A stretch of 59,718 nucleotides of DNA from Bigelowiella natans CCMP2755. Lineage: Eukaryota > Protista > Cercozoa. The stretch's first letter is position 1. Each line of letters opens with the position of its first letter. The translations under genes and the position numbers were made by a program. The stretch covers positions 1 through 59,718 of the forward strand of contig ADNK01001755.1 of the NCBI GenBank assembly GCA_000320545.1. The letters run 5' to 3'. Shown here in pieces: positions 24,791 to 39,348 of this stretch. Under the pieces are notes generated by a model. The model made no database searches. It was not told where the DNA came from and was given only the letters and a program-made list of their open reading frames with translations.

Positions 24791-27025
24791 TAGCATAGTA
24801 GTCTTTTTCAAAGTCCACATCCCATCTTGACAATCAGCTAAACTCTTTAAAACTTTCTTGAAAATTTTCTTTTCAGCCTTCGTCTCTATCGATTGGTCAA
24901 ATCTGAAAAAAGACAAAAAAAATCCTTGTGAATGCTACCTGCCTCAAACTTTTACATGCATATCACCTCTGTATTATTCTCTCCGTAGAGACCCCTGTAG
25001 CACGATAACAACGAAGAAATGAACGCAGCTGAAGAAACAAACGGTCTTCAAAATCGTCTTGATTACGGCGGAAGTCTCCACCATACGCCACAAATCGACA
25101 ACCATCCACTGCGCCCTCTTCCACCACTTCTCGCTCTTGATTTTGCCTATCCCGTATGCGCGCCTTAAGGTCTTCAGAATTCAGCGGGGCACTAGAAGCA
25201 CCCGATTCGGCTAATCGTTCCATACTCCTTTTAACTCGTTCCTCCGCCTTCATCCTCCACATCTTGCTCTGGCGACTGCTGCTACTGGAACTTGCATTTA
25301 TGATATTGTCATGTGAGAGTGCTGAGTGAGCCCACCCCGCACCCCCTAGTAATGCTGCTAGATCTTCTGCGTCGTTGTAATCGGCGGCAGAGGAAGTGGC
25401 CTCATCAGTGGCAGCAGCGGAGACGGGAGTGACTACAACCTGTGCTCCCTTTAATTTCCTTCTCCTTTTTGTCCTTCTCTGAGGCTGTTTTTCTTCCCTA
25501 ATTCCCTGTCTGGTGGCATTGCTGGCGACTGCGATCCCACCCGCAGTTGAAGCGAAGATCTTCGCCGTTTCGGTTTTCTCTTTCTTTTGACTGCCTTCTT
25601 CCTCTTCAGGGAGGGGCGGCACAACGAACAAATCAGTCAAATCTCCCCGGGAAAAGAAGCGTTTCTGAAATCAAACAATTTCGTGCTCATTAGAGAGTGT
25701 CTCATATTGCGGAGCGGGGACGTAATGGGATAGTACGTTACCTGTTTAGGATCTGCTAGCACTTTTGAAGTCAAGAATTCTTTGTGGATCTGGCGCTGAT
25801 AGACCTAGGAAGCACACCCAGATCACGGGGGGAAAGGGAAATGCATTTATTGGTGTTATTTTTCTGCTCGGAATAAGCTCAGTTTTGTCTTTCGTTGGAA
25901 TAACTCTCCACAACAACATCTCACTGCCAACAAGACGTGAACTGAGAGGATGTTACTAAAAACAACAGCTACGTACGAACTCCCCCCCCCCCCCACCTTT
26001 TCTTCGATCGTCCCGCGGGTGATCAAACGGTAAACTCTCACGTCCCGCTTCTGGCCGATTCGGTAGCTTCTCTCCTTCGCTTGGTTGTCGTTTGACGGAT
26101 TCCAGTGCGGATCATATAATACCACCCGGTTAGCCGCGGTTAGGGAAACGCCAATACCAGCAGCTCTTGTTGTCAGCAGCATGCAGTCAATGGAGGGGTC
26201 GGTGTTGAAGCGGTCGATTAGAGGGGTTCTCTCCCTCACGGGGGTTGATCCATCAATCCTACTGTACCGCAATCGTAGCTGCTTGTGCACCATGTCTGGT
26301 GAATTAAAAAAAAAATCGTTATAGAAAACACAGCTTCACGAAGCGTGTTATAAAAGATCAGCGTTTGGGCGAAACGGGCAATCATTATTTCGGTGCTGGG
26401 AGAGTTCTACTCGGGTACTTTCGATTATGTCCAAGACTTGCCGTGTTTGGGAGAATATCAAGTACTTGTGGCCCTGAACGGTACACGTGACAATGTCAAT
26501 TCTACCAGCCACACACATCAAAAGTCTCCCAGGATTCCTTTGAGGACGTAGCATGTATCTGCCCGCCCGCAACCCCTTCCCGAACCGAGAGGATGTGAAG
26601 CGGATTTAAATGGTAGTTGTGCCACTACCTGTGCTTTCCACTGTGTTAGCAATTCTCTCAAAACGCGCATTTTCCCGGATCTCTCTGGGTTTCCTGCAGT
26701 AGCAGAATGATTCTAAAGATAGGTTGTGTCATAGGGATAATGCATGCTCTAATAATTGGCTGTGTGTCCCCCGTTGAGCCTACCCCTGTTGTCTCTCCTC
26801 TTCTCCCTCTTTTGTCGCATTTACTAACCGTAGTCCTCCTTGAATTCAGGTGGGAGGAACTTCTTAGAGCTAGGGTTTTTGGGGTCGGAAGGGACGAGAA
26901 GCAGCAGGTCGGGGTGGTTGCATAGCTTCATCAGCACGTGAAGAGCCCTTCGTTCCAGGCCGCACACACATACAAAAAGAGAAAGAAATCGGAGTGACGG
27001 GTTGGAGTTTGGCAAGATTCGTCGT

Positions 27026-27070
<45 letters not shown>

Positions 27071-29726
27071 TGATTCACCAACGTCTGAACTATCAGTTTC
27101 CAACACCGAATTGCATCCTACACTACTACCGCCATTTGACTTGCCGTGTGACAAAGCTCATCGCTATTTTCGAGAGGCAGGTACAAGTAACATCACCGCC
27201 ACCACCACCACCACCATCATCATCCACAGGCACTGACTTGAATAAACATGATCGGTTCTTGTTGGAGATCGCTTTGTAGCAATCGGGCCCTTGGACGAAA
27301 TCCCGGTAGGCCTCCAGCTGATCCCGAGCGAGGTTGCAGAAGAGGACATGCTCCTAAAGACAACACCAACGCCGCCGATCAAAAAAATTGATTTTTCAGA
27401 ACATCGTCAAATCATGGATGTGAGAAACCATCTGGCACCGATATCGTGCTGATGCAACTATGCGCTGCCCTCCTGCTCACTCCATATCCTCCTTCATTCT
27501 TCGTCTTTTGCTTAAGTTCTTACCGTCTTTTGAGGTAGGTGGCGCGCAACGGTTGCCTTCGTCCTTCTCAGGATGTACGGAGCGATCAGGTTGCGCAGGG
27601 CAAGCTGGAGGGAGGGGGAGGGGGAAAGAACAACGGCTTTGAAATACAATACGAGGATGAGAAAGGAATACGACATCACCATCCTCATCATCATCATCAT
27701 CGTCATCATCATCATTTTTCGGTACTGACAGTAGCTCGATGCGCTGTCTGCACTGCCAGCACCGAGGCGTTCTTATAGCCCCCAATCTGGATGGGCAGGA
27801 CAAATTCCTCCTCAAAGACGGGGAGGGTTCCGAGCAACCCCGGGTTCGCGAAGTCAAAGAGACTCCACAGCTCGACGAGAGAGTTCTAATGAGAGAACAG
27901 GAGCAGCACCGCTTTAATATGTACAATCTTAGTGGTAGCAGAAGTAGTAAATAATAGAGTAGTAGTAGTAGTAGTAGTGGTGGTGGTGGTGGTAGTAGTA
28001 GTAGTTACTATCAGCACCGTGACGAACCTAACGACAGTACCTGGATTGGAGTGCCGCTGAGCACAATCTTTTGCATGGCGCGGAACTTCTTCACTGCTTT
28101 CGCCACTTCGGCGTTGGGGTTTCTGATACGATGGCCCTCGTCCAGCACCATCACCCCCCAGTTTATCCGGATCATGACCTCGTGCATCGTCCTGGCCATC
28201 GCGTAGGTCGTGATGACGATGCTCCCAGATGTGAAACCATCCCTGGTTGGTTGTTGGGTCATTGTTGGCGATGGTGATGGTGATGGTGATGGTGATGGTG
28301 ATGGTGATGGTGATGGTGATGGTGATGATGCTATTGGTGATGATGATGATGCTACTGGTGATGATGAAATATGTCAGCAGGCCTATCCAATCAAATAAAC
28401 ATCCTACACGCACGTACCCCCCTCTCGCCGCCTTCTCCAAGATCTCCTCCTTCGTTGCAGCATGATTGCCGCTGTCATGAAGCAGCATCACTCTCCGCTC
28501 GGGATGCCATACGCGTAGCTCTCTCAGCCACGGCACAAGCATGGAGGCAGGACACACAATCAAAGAAGGCCGCATTGCCCCCTCATCCAGTTGGCGTATG
28601 GAAGAGGAAGAGGAGGAGGAGGACGAAGACGGTTCGGGTGCAAGACCAGCAGCTCTTCGGATGGCTGTGAAATGAAGGCCGGCGAAGAATGCTATAGTTT
28701 GGATCGTCTTTCCTGATGAGTGGTTGGTGACGAGGAGGAGGAGGAGAGAGAGAGAGAGAGAGAGAGAGGAGGGGGAAGATAAAGAAGGAGAATGAGAGGG
28801 AGAAGGGGAAAGAGATGCAAAGGAGAGATGATCTCTACCGTCATAACTAAAATAGTAAATGTGTGATACGTTAATAACATCATCACGATAGAATTGATTA
28901 TTCGTCATCACCTAGGCCCATCTCATCCGCAACGATGCCTCCAGCACTTTGATTGAACCGCTCCCACATCCAACACAACCCGCTTTGCTGATACCCTAGC
29001 AACTTGTCCCATATACGACCTGGAATCACCTGGGGAATCGAGAGGAGGAGGTGGAGGAGGAGGAGGAGTATGGGGTAATTAGAGTAATTCAAATCTCAAT
29101 CATCATTTCTGGGAAACATCGAATACATACAGATTAAGTACCCCCCACCCCCCCCCCCCTTTTCATCCACCTTTCCTCCTCCTTCTATACCTTCCTTCTC
29201 TTCCCCCCTCATTCTCTCCCTCTCTCTCCCTCTCTCTATCTCTCTCTATCCCTCTCTTTTCTCATACATAACGCTGGTAGTACTCAGTCGCATCCAATCC
29301 AATGTACCACCATGACCTACAACTCCTACTGATACTACTACTGATACTACTCTAGGTTCATCTCCATACCAGCCCTCCCTGAATCTCAACGTCCTCGGCA
29401 TCGTCAGTTCCATTCTCTTCATCTTGCTGTGCCTTTTCTAACACCCGCTCATATCTTGCTTGAAAGGCCTCATCGTCCGCGTCATCATGCACCGTTGGCA
29501 TGTTCCTGATAGCACGCTTACGTCCAGGGCTGGGGGACCTACTCTTCTTCTTTCTCGATTTCTTCTTAATCCTCTTTTTCTGCTCCAGTGGCTCCGCCCC
29601 TTCTCGGTTCTTCTTCTTCTTCTTTCTTCTTCTTCTTCTTCTTCTGCCGCTGCTGCATCTCTCGGTCCTCTAGTAGCTCGATTGCCTCCCTTTCCACTCC
29701 CAAATCATTGTCGTCCACATCCATAA

Positions 29727-29759
<33 letters not shown>

Positions 29760-31277
29760 TGCTATCGACGGGATTCCACGCAGGATCACCACCATCGTCG
29801 TCGTCATCGTAGTCGTCATCAACATCGTAACGTTCTTCTTTCTTAACCACCAGCTGCCTCCCGCCTCCGTGTCCTCCCCCTTCCCTTGCAGAAAGCGTAT
29901 CGAGAGGAGCAGCGGCGTTTGCCTTTGTAGTAGTACCACCGGCATCTTTACGTTCCTGAGCCTTCTTCCTCCTCGTACTTTCTATTTGTAGCTTCTTCCT
30001 ATCGTAATCATTGCCCAGCCCTTCATGGTGCCCCCCTTTTTTTCCTTCTTCTTCTTCTTCTTCTTCTTCTTCTTCTTCTTCTTCTTCTTCTTCTTCTTCT
30101 TCCTTTTCTCCTTCGTCTTCTTTCGCAACTACGTCTCTTTTTCCGGGCGGCATCGAAGCAGTTAGAAGCGACGTGCGGCTGCCGCACATCACACAAATCT
30201 TCGCTGTTGGGGGTAGAACGAATTGACACACAGAACACGTTATCTGCTGTGGTTCCCCCCTCTGCTTCTTAACATGACGAGATGTTTCAGCTAAGTGAGT
30301 AGACGATGATGAAACCCTCTCCTTCGTCTTTTGCTGTAAGCGCCGCCGTCGCTGAGCAAGTAGAGAGGCAGCAACACAAAGAGACAAATTGGCAAAGTGC
30401 GTCAGGACTTCGTGACCCCATCAGCCAAACGTGGATGGATAAATCAATAATGCTGTATGTGCATATGATATGGGTGTGTACGGCATGAAACACGGAGGAG
30501 GAGGAGAGGAAAGGTGTGAAAATGGAGAGAGGCCATGCAGTCACGACAAGGAAAAGAACGCTAGTATGTGGACCATTACCGATAATGATGATGATGATGA
30601 TGAAGACGATGATGAGGCCGTTCTTTGAACCTTGCCTGCTTGCCCAGCGCTCTGGCTGTTCCCGTCGAATTTGCTCTCATGGAGATTCGCTCGCATGGCA
30701 TCTACGACCTTTTGGACCCTCGTGTTAGTAGCTCCCCGCTGCTTCTGCCGCGTTTTTTCCTCATTTTGTTGCTGATGTTCCTCCTGTTGGCTTTGATGTA
30801 GTGCGCGATTGGCAAGTTTTTTCACTTTGCCGACAAGAGCACGCTTGGGAATCCTCTTTCGTTTGCGCCGGTTCGTGACGACGGGAGCGGCAACACTGGT
30901 TCCAACGTCTTGTACCAGGCTCTGTGGCTCTCCTCGCCCCTCCTCCTCTCCATCCTGCTGTTCGTTCTGCTGCTGCTGTGCATTTTCCGACTGCACTATT
31001 GAAGGTGATGCCTTAATACGCGAGAGGACATTCTCTTGGACATCCGTCGCGAGATAGGCTTCCACGCCTGCACACGCGCATCAGAAGGACGGATGTATTA
31101 ATACTTTAATACTATATATGGCAGTACAGTATCATATGGCACAATGATGGTGACAGCTGAAGCAGATCGTTGGACATATGCTTTGTATTCTCTACCAAAG
31201 GACTCCAGCTTGCTGTAAAGGCTTCCTTTGAACTCCCCGCTGAGGCGGTTCTCCAGAGCTGGAGCTGGCGGTGACAT
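24755..31277 (-). CDS. ERCC6: SNF2-family transcription-coupled repair ATPase CSB/Rad26
   Basis: [39 protein letters not shown]|[33 protein letters not shown]|[116 protein letters not shown]|KRFF, and a C-terminal WHD-like FKKVLKSLA...GMWTLK. Confidence 0.95.
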
Positions 31278-31794
31278 GATCTCCCCATCCTGTAAACGAT
31301 ACATGGAAAGCTGTCATGCATGCATGGAAAAGGAAGGCTATAATCTTTTTGTCAAACGATTGATCGCACCTCCAACTCTTGCTCTGGAGCACCCGCCTTC
31401 TCTTCCTTGCTTTCCATTCTGCGAAGAAGCGCTTGGGCTTTTTCGTTTGCCAACGAGAAAAGGGAAGATATAGCTGCAAATCACTATCGAAGCCCCTACT
31501 CTCTCTGTCTCTCTCTCTCGCTGCCCCTCCCCTCTGTTCCTCAGTTCAGTGACGCTAATTCGGCTCCAGAAGGACGGCTGAGATGAAGCGCAGACCTGTA
31601 AATAATTTCACCGTAAATCAGATGCGATTTTAGACATGCATTTATCGAATTCCATGTCGCAAATTAAAAACGCATACTTGTTGTTGTTTGTGTTGGCTGT
31701 TGGCAGACCTGCCGAGTCGCGCTATAGTTGATATCAGAGAGAGGCCGGACCGCCCCCCCTCAACTCAGCCCCCACGGCAACCCGACGAGAGACA
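31278..31794. promoter_or_regulatory. Putative bidirectional promoter for ERCC6 and NCBP1
   Basis: Head-to-head start codons about 520 bp apart; GCGATTTTAGA at 31624-31634 and TGTCGCA at 31655-31661. Confidence 0.45.
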
Positions 31795-33799
31795 ATGGCT
31801 GCGTACCACCGACGAGCGAGCTCGTATTCGTCCTCCTCAGGCCTCCGCCATGGTGGCGGTAGGACCAGCTATTCCTCTGGCGGATCTTCTGGAAGGCTAA
31901 ACCCACGGTAGAATGGCGGCGCAGTGCGATGAATCCTCATGTCTATCATTGCCGTCCTCACGGACGAACTGTCTTCATAACAACACTAGTAATATCAACA
32001 TTCACCAATCATTATTATCCCAACTCATAGGCTTGAGGTCACGATCAAACCAATGCGAAAGCGATACCGAGGAGAGGCAGCAGACCTGAGCTCTGACACC
32101 GGGGACTTGAAGGAGATGTCGAAGCTGGAGATGCGACTCAAATCTATGATGGTGGAAGTGCGAACAAGGTCCTTCCGGAAGAATAATGATATGAGATGAT
32201 GATGTTTCCGTAAAACGCATTTTCAGAGGAGGGACTCACAAGATATGTATGGGTTGCTTTCTTGGTTTTGCAGCCAAGAAATACGGACATTTGCAGAGGC
32301 ATTGGAGGGGGATTTAGATGGCCATGGACCCTTCATCAACGGCATGCTTCTTGAGTGGTATTATCGATCTCTCTCGCCGATTTTAATTTGACTTCTTCGC
32401 AACAATGCTGCCACCTCATCATCAGCATTTATCGACTATTTCATTGAATTAACCTCTCCCCCCCTTAGCATTAAAAACATTCCGCATAAGGCTCCGATAT
32501 ACGCATGGTACACGTTGTACAAAAATCTGCATGTACGGGCACCATCTTTCATGCATGGCATCAAGAAAGATATGTACATGTTCTTCTTAATATAGCTTGT
32601 GTGCGTCCGAACGCATAATAGCGTCTCGTCTTCGGTCCAACAATCACGAGATTTGCTCAATTTTTTTTCAAATTGCTCTATGTGTCTGCACTCACGTTCC
32701 CACTTCATTTGATGGTGGGGTTTTTGTCTCCCTCCCCACCCCTCCTCCTCCTCCTCCTCCTCCTCCTCCTCCTCCTCCTCCTCCTCCTCTGTGATAGTCT
32801 GGTAAGTATCGTAGCGAAATCGAGGACATCCTTCGGCAAGTCTTTTGTCGAATCGCTGGGGTAGATTTCGACGATATATACTGCATGGCCCTACTGTTTT
32901 ATCCTTCCAATACCTTTGTTGTCCATTCCTCCTTAGAGCACATTGCATTTGATCATCGCAGATTGGAGATCGAGGACGAATTAAAGCTGGGTCGTCCCTT
33001 TTCAATCTTCGTTAGGTCTCTGGTAAGAGAACACGTCTCATCAGCAATAAGAGAGCCTCACGGCACATCTAATCTCCACCTAGCAGAATGGGATGTATCA
33101 TAGCATATTGTGGGGTGGTAGTAGAGTTTTTGCCTCGGCTGTATTCTGGGTGTAGTATGGGTAGCGGTTGTTTAAGGGTAGATAGGCTGTCTGTAAATCG
33201 TCAATGTTTCTTCTGTTTCTTCCCTTGTTGTGATCCACACCCCCCCCCCCCATTTTTTTCTTATTCTTCATCGTCAGTTACGGTTCAGTTGTTGCCTTAT
33301 GATGCCGGCGTTCTCTCTGCAAAGAACGTGTTCCACGTGTTGTCCGGCATCCTCTCCATCGCCCAAGAGTCCCCGAGAATCGTCTCAGAAAGAATGGTAA
33401 ACAGCTTTGATGAGATATATGGTATAGAGCGTGGTTTTGCTAAGGTTTGCATTGTGCAGCATATGAACGTTCTTCTGGCTCTCTCGTATGTCCTCCCAGC
33501 TCAAATTTCGGATGACGATATAAAGGTAAGCCCGGGGGGGGGGGGGGGGGGGACACATCCAATCTCACACGCAACGATTCGTGCTGCTGCCTGCGCGTTG
33601 TATGCATCATTCCGAAGAAGCTAAAAACGACGGTGATTACATTTAGGAATCGCTAGAATCTGTACTGACCTCATGCGAAAAGATCACAGATTTGAGACGG
33701 AAGGAACCTATCAGTGCCCTTGAAAAGGTAAATATGCTAACATGCTTGCTTCAAAGATGAGCTTTAAGAAACCAATCCAACAACGGACGGGCACACATA

Positions 33800-33835
<36 letters not shown>

Positions 33836-34065
33836 CATAAATGAGAGCAATGACGTTTAGTACATGGGACAGATGCTTTGTTGCTTCCCCCCCCCCCCCC
33901 TCTCTGTCTTATCGTAGATGAAGAACGATGAGAAAGGAGCTGCGGAAAGTGATGATTTTGCGACTCTTGTTGAAACCGTGAGACAGGTGGGTGACTATCA
34001 TCATATCAGATTTAGAGATAAGCTGACAATTGGCAACCATTTATACTCAAGAGGAGGAGAGGGGG

Positions 34066-34111
<46 letters not shown>

Positions 34112-37100
34112 CATCCACATCTAATATCATCATCATCATCATCATCACCATCATCATCATCATTATCATTTTCACCATCATCGGTTCGGTACCCTCCTCG
34201 TCCATGATGAGCTCAATCATTCCCACCCCGCCCCCGCCTCAGCTTCTCGTCGCAAAAACCGAGACCGTCGATAGGATCAACGGAGGTAATACTAACACGG
34301 CAGACGCATAGCAGTTTTACATCGATAGCGCCTCGCGAGCAATGCCGCAGATTTCACGTCGCGTATTGATTGGCCCCTTCCACATATCGATGATGCCGCA
34401 CAGCTTCAATGTTCAAGGACCTGAGACTGGGTACCCAGGAGGGGAGTGGGGAAGACACAAAGACGGGTGAGGGATCGGATGTAGAGCCCCAATCGTCAGC
34501 ATCATCATCATCATCATCTCTTGTCGAGTATGAGCTCAAAGTGCGAAGAGAAGGAGTGTCGCTCCCCTCTTCATGCCTGCACGTACATCCCCTGCAGTAC
34601 CACCAACGCTTGTTCCCAAAGCGGTTTGACAGCGCTACCACCATCATGACCGCGAAGGCCATACAGAGGAAGAAAGAGAAGAGGAAAGCAAGGGGGGGGG
34701 GGCAGGGGTGACGAGGATGACGATGGGGAGAAAATGGAATTGGATAGGAAAAACGACGGCCCCGAAAAGACTGCAACTGCATCCAGCATGGCGGACAAAG
34801 AAGGAGGCAAAGCAGCAGCCGGGGGGGGGGGAAAGGAGGGATCCAAAGGGGAGGGCAGAGAAGGCAATGGGCATCGTGATTCGGGGTCCGGAGACGGGAA
34901 AGCAACGACGAAGAAAACGATAGTCACGACGAAGTCGGAAAGAATACTGGCTCGTTTGCATCTGAACGAGGTGGTTGATTTGCTCCAGGGCTCTCACAAA
35001 ATATGCGCGGAGAGACTCGTATCCCTCCAACTTGGAGGTAGTAGTAGTAGTAGTAGTAGTAGTAAGTAGTAGTAAGTATATGTCAGTAGTAGTAGTAGTA
35101 GTGATGCGGTACTCATGGAGTAGAGCAGCGTATGTGTTGAATTGGAGTGTGTGGAAATATATATCGTACTATGTTTTTCTCTGTGTGTGTATGTGTGTAT
35201 GCGTGCGTATGCGTGCGTATGCGTTTGTTTGTTTTGTGTTCTGTGTATAAAACTGAATGAAGGCATACGACATTACACCCTTATTTTTGGTCAGGAATAC
35301 CCTTGAAGCATCTCATAATCGAAGTCATCTTCAACATCGTTATCGGTAGAACGGCCTCCTCCTACATTGCACTAGTGTAGTACTTACGTAACGTCTCCAG
35401 CAACGACACGCAGATGAGAGCTCTCTGAGTATTCGGAAAGGCAGCAGTGATGATTACGATAGCAATGTTATTGATGGCGATGCTGGTGGTGATGATGATG
35501 CTACCCGTCAACGGAGGCCATTAGTTGCTGATATTTATGTTGCGTTTGTCATCGCTTTTCTTCTTCTTCTTCTTCTTCTTCTTCTTCTTCGTCTTGTTGT
35601 GATACTAAAATAGGAATGCCAAAGCCAAAACAAGACTTGGTATGGGTGGTGTCGTTACTGTACGACGTCCTCAAACTTGACTCGAAACTCGTGCCCCTCT
35701 TCGCCCTTGGGGCGCATAGCATGTACGTGCAGCGCAACACAATCGATCGTCTTCGTCGTCGTCTTCATCGTCCCCGCCGCCCCAAGAACCAGTAGCTAAT
35801 GTTAGCTGGTCTCTCGCAATCGTGGCGTTTATTGCTGTTTTTGGCAGTCGTCCTCATTGCTGTTATTGTTGTTGTTTATTGCTGTTGTCTATTGTTGTCG
35901 CTGCTGCAGCTTCATCCGTGCTGACCGGCTGGACGTGGATGCTATCGATCGGTTCACCCAGTTCTTTCCCCTCCAGATGTCGAATTTAGGCTATAAGTTC
36001 ACGTGGAAGCATTGGTCTAAGGCGGTGGGCAAGCCCCCCACAGACCCACAGCGCGTATTCGTCACAGAGATTCTAAAGCGATGTGTCAGGCTGGAGAGGC
36101 GGGGGATCGACAGCATTCCGGAGGAACTAGACCCCATCCTCCCCAAATGCCCTCCAAGTGAGTGGTGGCGGCGATGATGAGGATGATGATGATGATGACG
36201 ATGATGATGACGAAGTAGCAATAGTAGTATCGATAGGCCAAACGTGATCGGGAAAACAACGATACGCCCGTTGCTGTGCTTTGAGCGATGGAGAGCGGCG
36301 TGATGATTGATGCGTTTATGTTGATTCGTTTGCCAGGGACCTACTATCTGTTTGACGACAAGAAGTACGATAACTACGGGGACGATGGCGGAAAGACGCG
36401 CAATGCGCCGAAGGCGAAGAAGCAGAAGGACGGGTCTTTCTCTCCTACCAGTGAAAAGGCCTCCTCAAAAGCAACGGTAGGAGCAAGGACAAACGCTCTC
36501 ATTCCTATTGCTAATCATTATAATCGTCGCCGTCATCATCGCGGCATTGCGTAGTAAGATACCTATGCGTATGCCACAACCAAACAATAGATAATAAAGA
36601 TGATGCTGCTGCGGCTGCTGCTGCTGATGATAATGATTATAAGTCTCGTTTTTCTTTACCCTCTCACTCGACAGGGTGGCAGTAAAGGAGAGGAGGGAGG
36701 CGATATGATGGAAGAAGAGCAAGGTGAAGAGAACACGCAACAGGAAGAGGGAGAAGACTGGTGATAATGCTTCCTTGGAGTACTAACAACTTTGTCCATC
36801 CCCCTCCTCCTCCTCCTCCTCCACCAACATCCTCCTCAAAAGCAGATATTTCAGAGAATGATGACGAGAAAGGGATGGAGAAGAAGGAGAACCCGGACGA
36901 CTCCAGCGAAGGTAGCAATCACCCCCACTACGCCATGCAAACATTAAGAAAAATCATATCGAAGCGAACTTCTTGATTGATGTCCTTCGGTGGTTATTGT
37001 GTTGTTGTTGTTGTTGTTGTTGTTGTTGTGAAATAGAAGACAAGATGAAGGGTGGTGCAAGGATGGAAAGCGATGGCGATGATGACGATGATGCGAAAAG

Positions 37101-37902
37101 TAAGTAGCTATTCCGTTAGAAGGATATTAGTGAAGCAGGGACTGTAATCGTCAATCTTCATATGATGCGTGACACTGGCGCACAAAATCGTATCATCAGG
37201 AAAGCGAAAGGCCCCTTCGTTGCGAGATTTAGCTGATGATTTAATGGATTTTTTGGAGTTCGTTCCCCCCCCGACACCCTTTTTATAAACGCGCATATAA
37301 AGAAGGAGAAGGGAGAGAGAGAGAGAATTCCTTGCATGATATCGAAAACGATATATGATGACTGGAGTTTGAAGAGCTCTGACACAGAACAACGCGATTT
37401 CTTACGTGCATGTGTCAGTAATAGATACCACGTGGCCATATCACAATAGCGACCCCCCCCCCCCCCATGTGCACCTCTTTCCTGATGAATGAATGGCCGA
37501 TCAGCACGCAACGGGAGGACGGCGCGATTGAAATGTGGATGGAAAAGCACATTTATGAAGAGAAGTGCTTCGAGGAATTTAAAGGTAGTAGATGTGCATG
37601 ATGATGACGATGATGAAAATGAGGAAGAGGGCGGTAATTACATTGTATTTCACCTTCTCACCACCACCACCACCACCACCACCACAGCTAACCTAGATTT
37701 TCGTTTTCGCCGTCTTGTCCTTGTCGTTACTACATTATTATTATTATTATTATTATTATTTATTATTATTATCAGAAAAGCCAGAGCAGTTCATTGTGCC
37801 GTGCTTGTTGGAAACCAGCAGAAAGTCGATCACCCATGTCGTCAGCTCCTTCTCAAAGTAGCAGCAGCAGTAGCAGTAGTAGTGCGGTGAATTTCTGCAG
37901 CG

Positions 37903-37933
<31 letters not shown>

Positions 37934-39259
37934 CTAATTACTATTCCTAATACTACTATTGCTGCTAGTGCTGCTGCTTACATCTACCATTGTATCACTT
38001 CACGCAATGCAATGCTCAACCAGGTATAGAACATTGATACGCGGCGTTATCAAGTCGGACCAGCACCAAAGACACATCGGAATCTTGCAGCTGGTGGCGG
38101 ATTTTCATCGGTATTATTATTACTATTATTATTATATTATTATCATCGTTTTTATTATTCATCTGAGGCCGCCATTTGTCCAGAGCCACATCGTTTCATT
38201 GCAATAGTGGCCACTACGTGCGAAGAATGTGAACAAAATTTTATGGAGACATCTCCTCCTGGCTTGTCATTAGATATTTAGCAAGTGCTTGTTATTTTCC
38301 CCTCGTTTACTCCTCGATTTTCCATCGATCCTCCGTGATATGTGTCGGTTCTCATGGTAATGTGTTTTCTTGTGTGAATTGCTGCTCAGGGACGATGAAT
38401 CTCGCTTGGTGACAGTGATCCAGAAGTTCCTCCAGCACGCAATCTTGATGCCAAGCCAAGTTGTCGATTGGGCATTAGGAGGGGGAGGAGCAGCAGACGT
38501 GCCGCAGAAGTTCGTCAAATACGAAATCGTCAAACAGACGGTGATTGGGGTAATTTGATGGATTCAGTTAGGATGGCGTGTCGATAATTCTTGTGCAGTA
38601 CAACTATGAAAATGAAAGTGATAAGGGCAGGGGGGGGGGAATATCCTCGGCAACCCCGTGATTCTCCTCTGTGGTAATATCGTTCTTGCCTATTTCCAGG
38701 CCGTGCAACGTACGCGAAATGCCGCCAACAAGAACCTGGGAGTTGACGATATGGGAAAGCAACACGCAGGGGTGCATGACCTTGCCAAGCGCCAAGAGAA
38801 GGATCTTTTCATCCGTGTCTACCGCCGCATCTCAGAGCTCTATCTTCGGAGCGAAGAGGAGGAGGGCGAAGGCATACGGCAGTATGTTCAAAGGAACTTG
38901 CTTGGACGTGTTCGAGAGGTGTCTTCGTTGTAGCTACTGGACTTCAGTGTTATTTTTTGGCATATTTATTATCTGCGCAGTATCATCATTGATACTTGCT
39001 CAGTAGCGGCACTCTTTTCATAACACATTGCACACCATTGCATTTCCCGAAATGTAGAATGTTCACTGACTCTTTCTAATGGTAGTTTGGGAGGTACTTC
39101 CTGGCTGAAATCCAGCCGTACATGGAACGCATCGAGGAAAAGGTGATAAGGCAAGCGCCAGATGCCATCAAGGATGAATTTGAGAAACTGAAGAACCTCT
39201 CAAGGGCCTTCCATTCGACTACAGGAAAGATGGTTCAGGAGAGCAATGCTGCGGAGTGA
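31795..39259 (+). CDS. NCBP1: Nuclear cap-binding protein subunit 1 (CBP80), many exons
   Basis: IKNIPHKAPIYA (MIF4G), RLDVDAIDRFTQFFPLQMSNLGYKFTWKHW...PQRVFVTEILKRCVRL, CLLETSRKSITH, LVTVIQKFLQHAILMPSQVVDW, QEKDLFIRVYRR, FGRYFLAEIQPYMERIE. These match CBP80 blocks in the expected order. Confidence 0.88.
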
Positions 39260-39348
39260 TGAATTTCATTTTCGTGCGTGTGTACAAAGTCAATTTTCAT
39301 CCAAAGATGCGCTATTCCATGCAGCTGAAATGCCAATTTTTCAAATCC

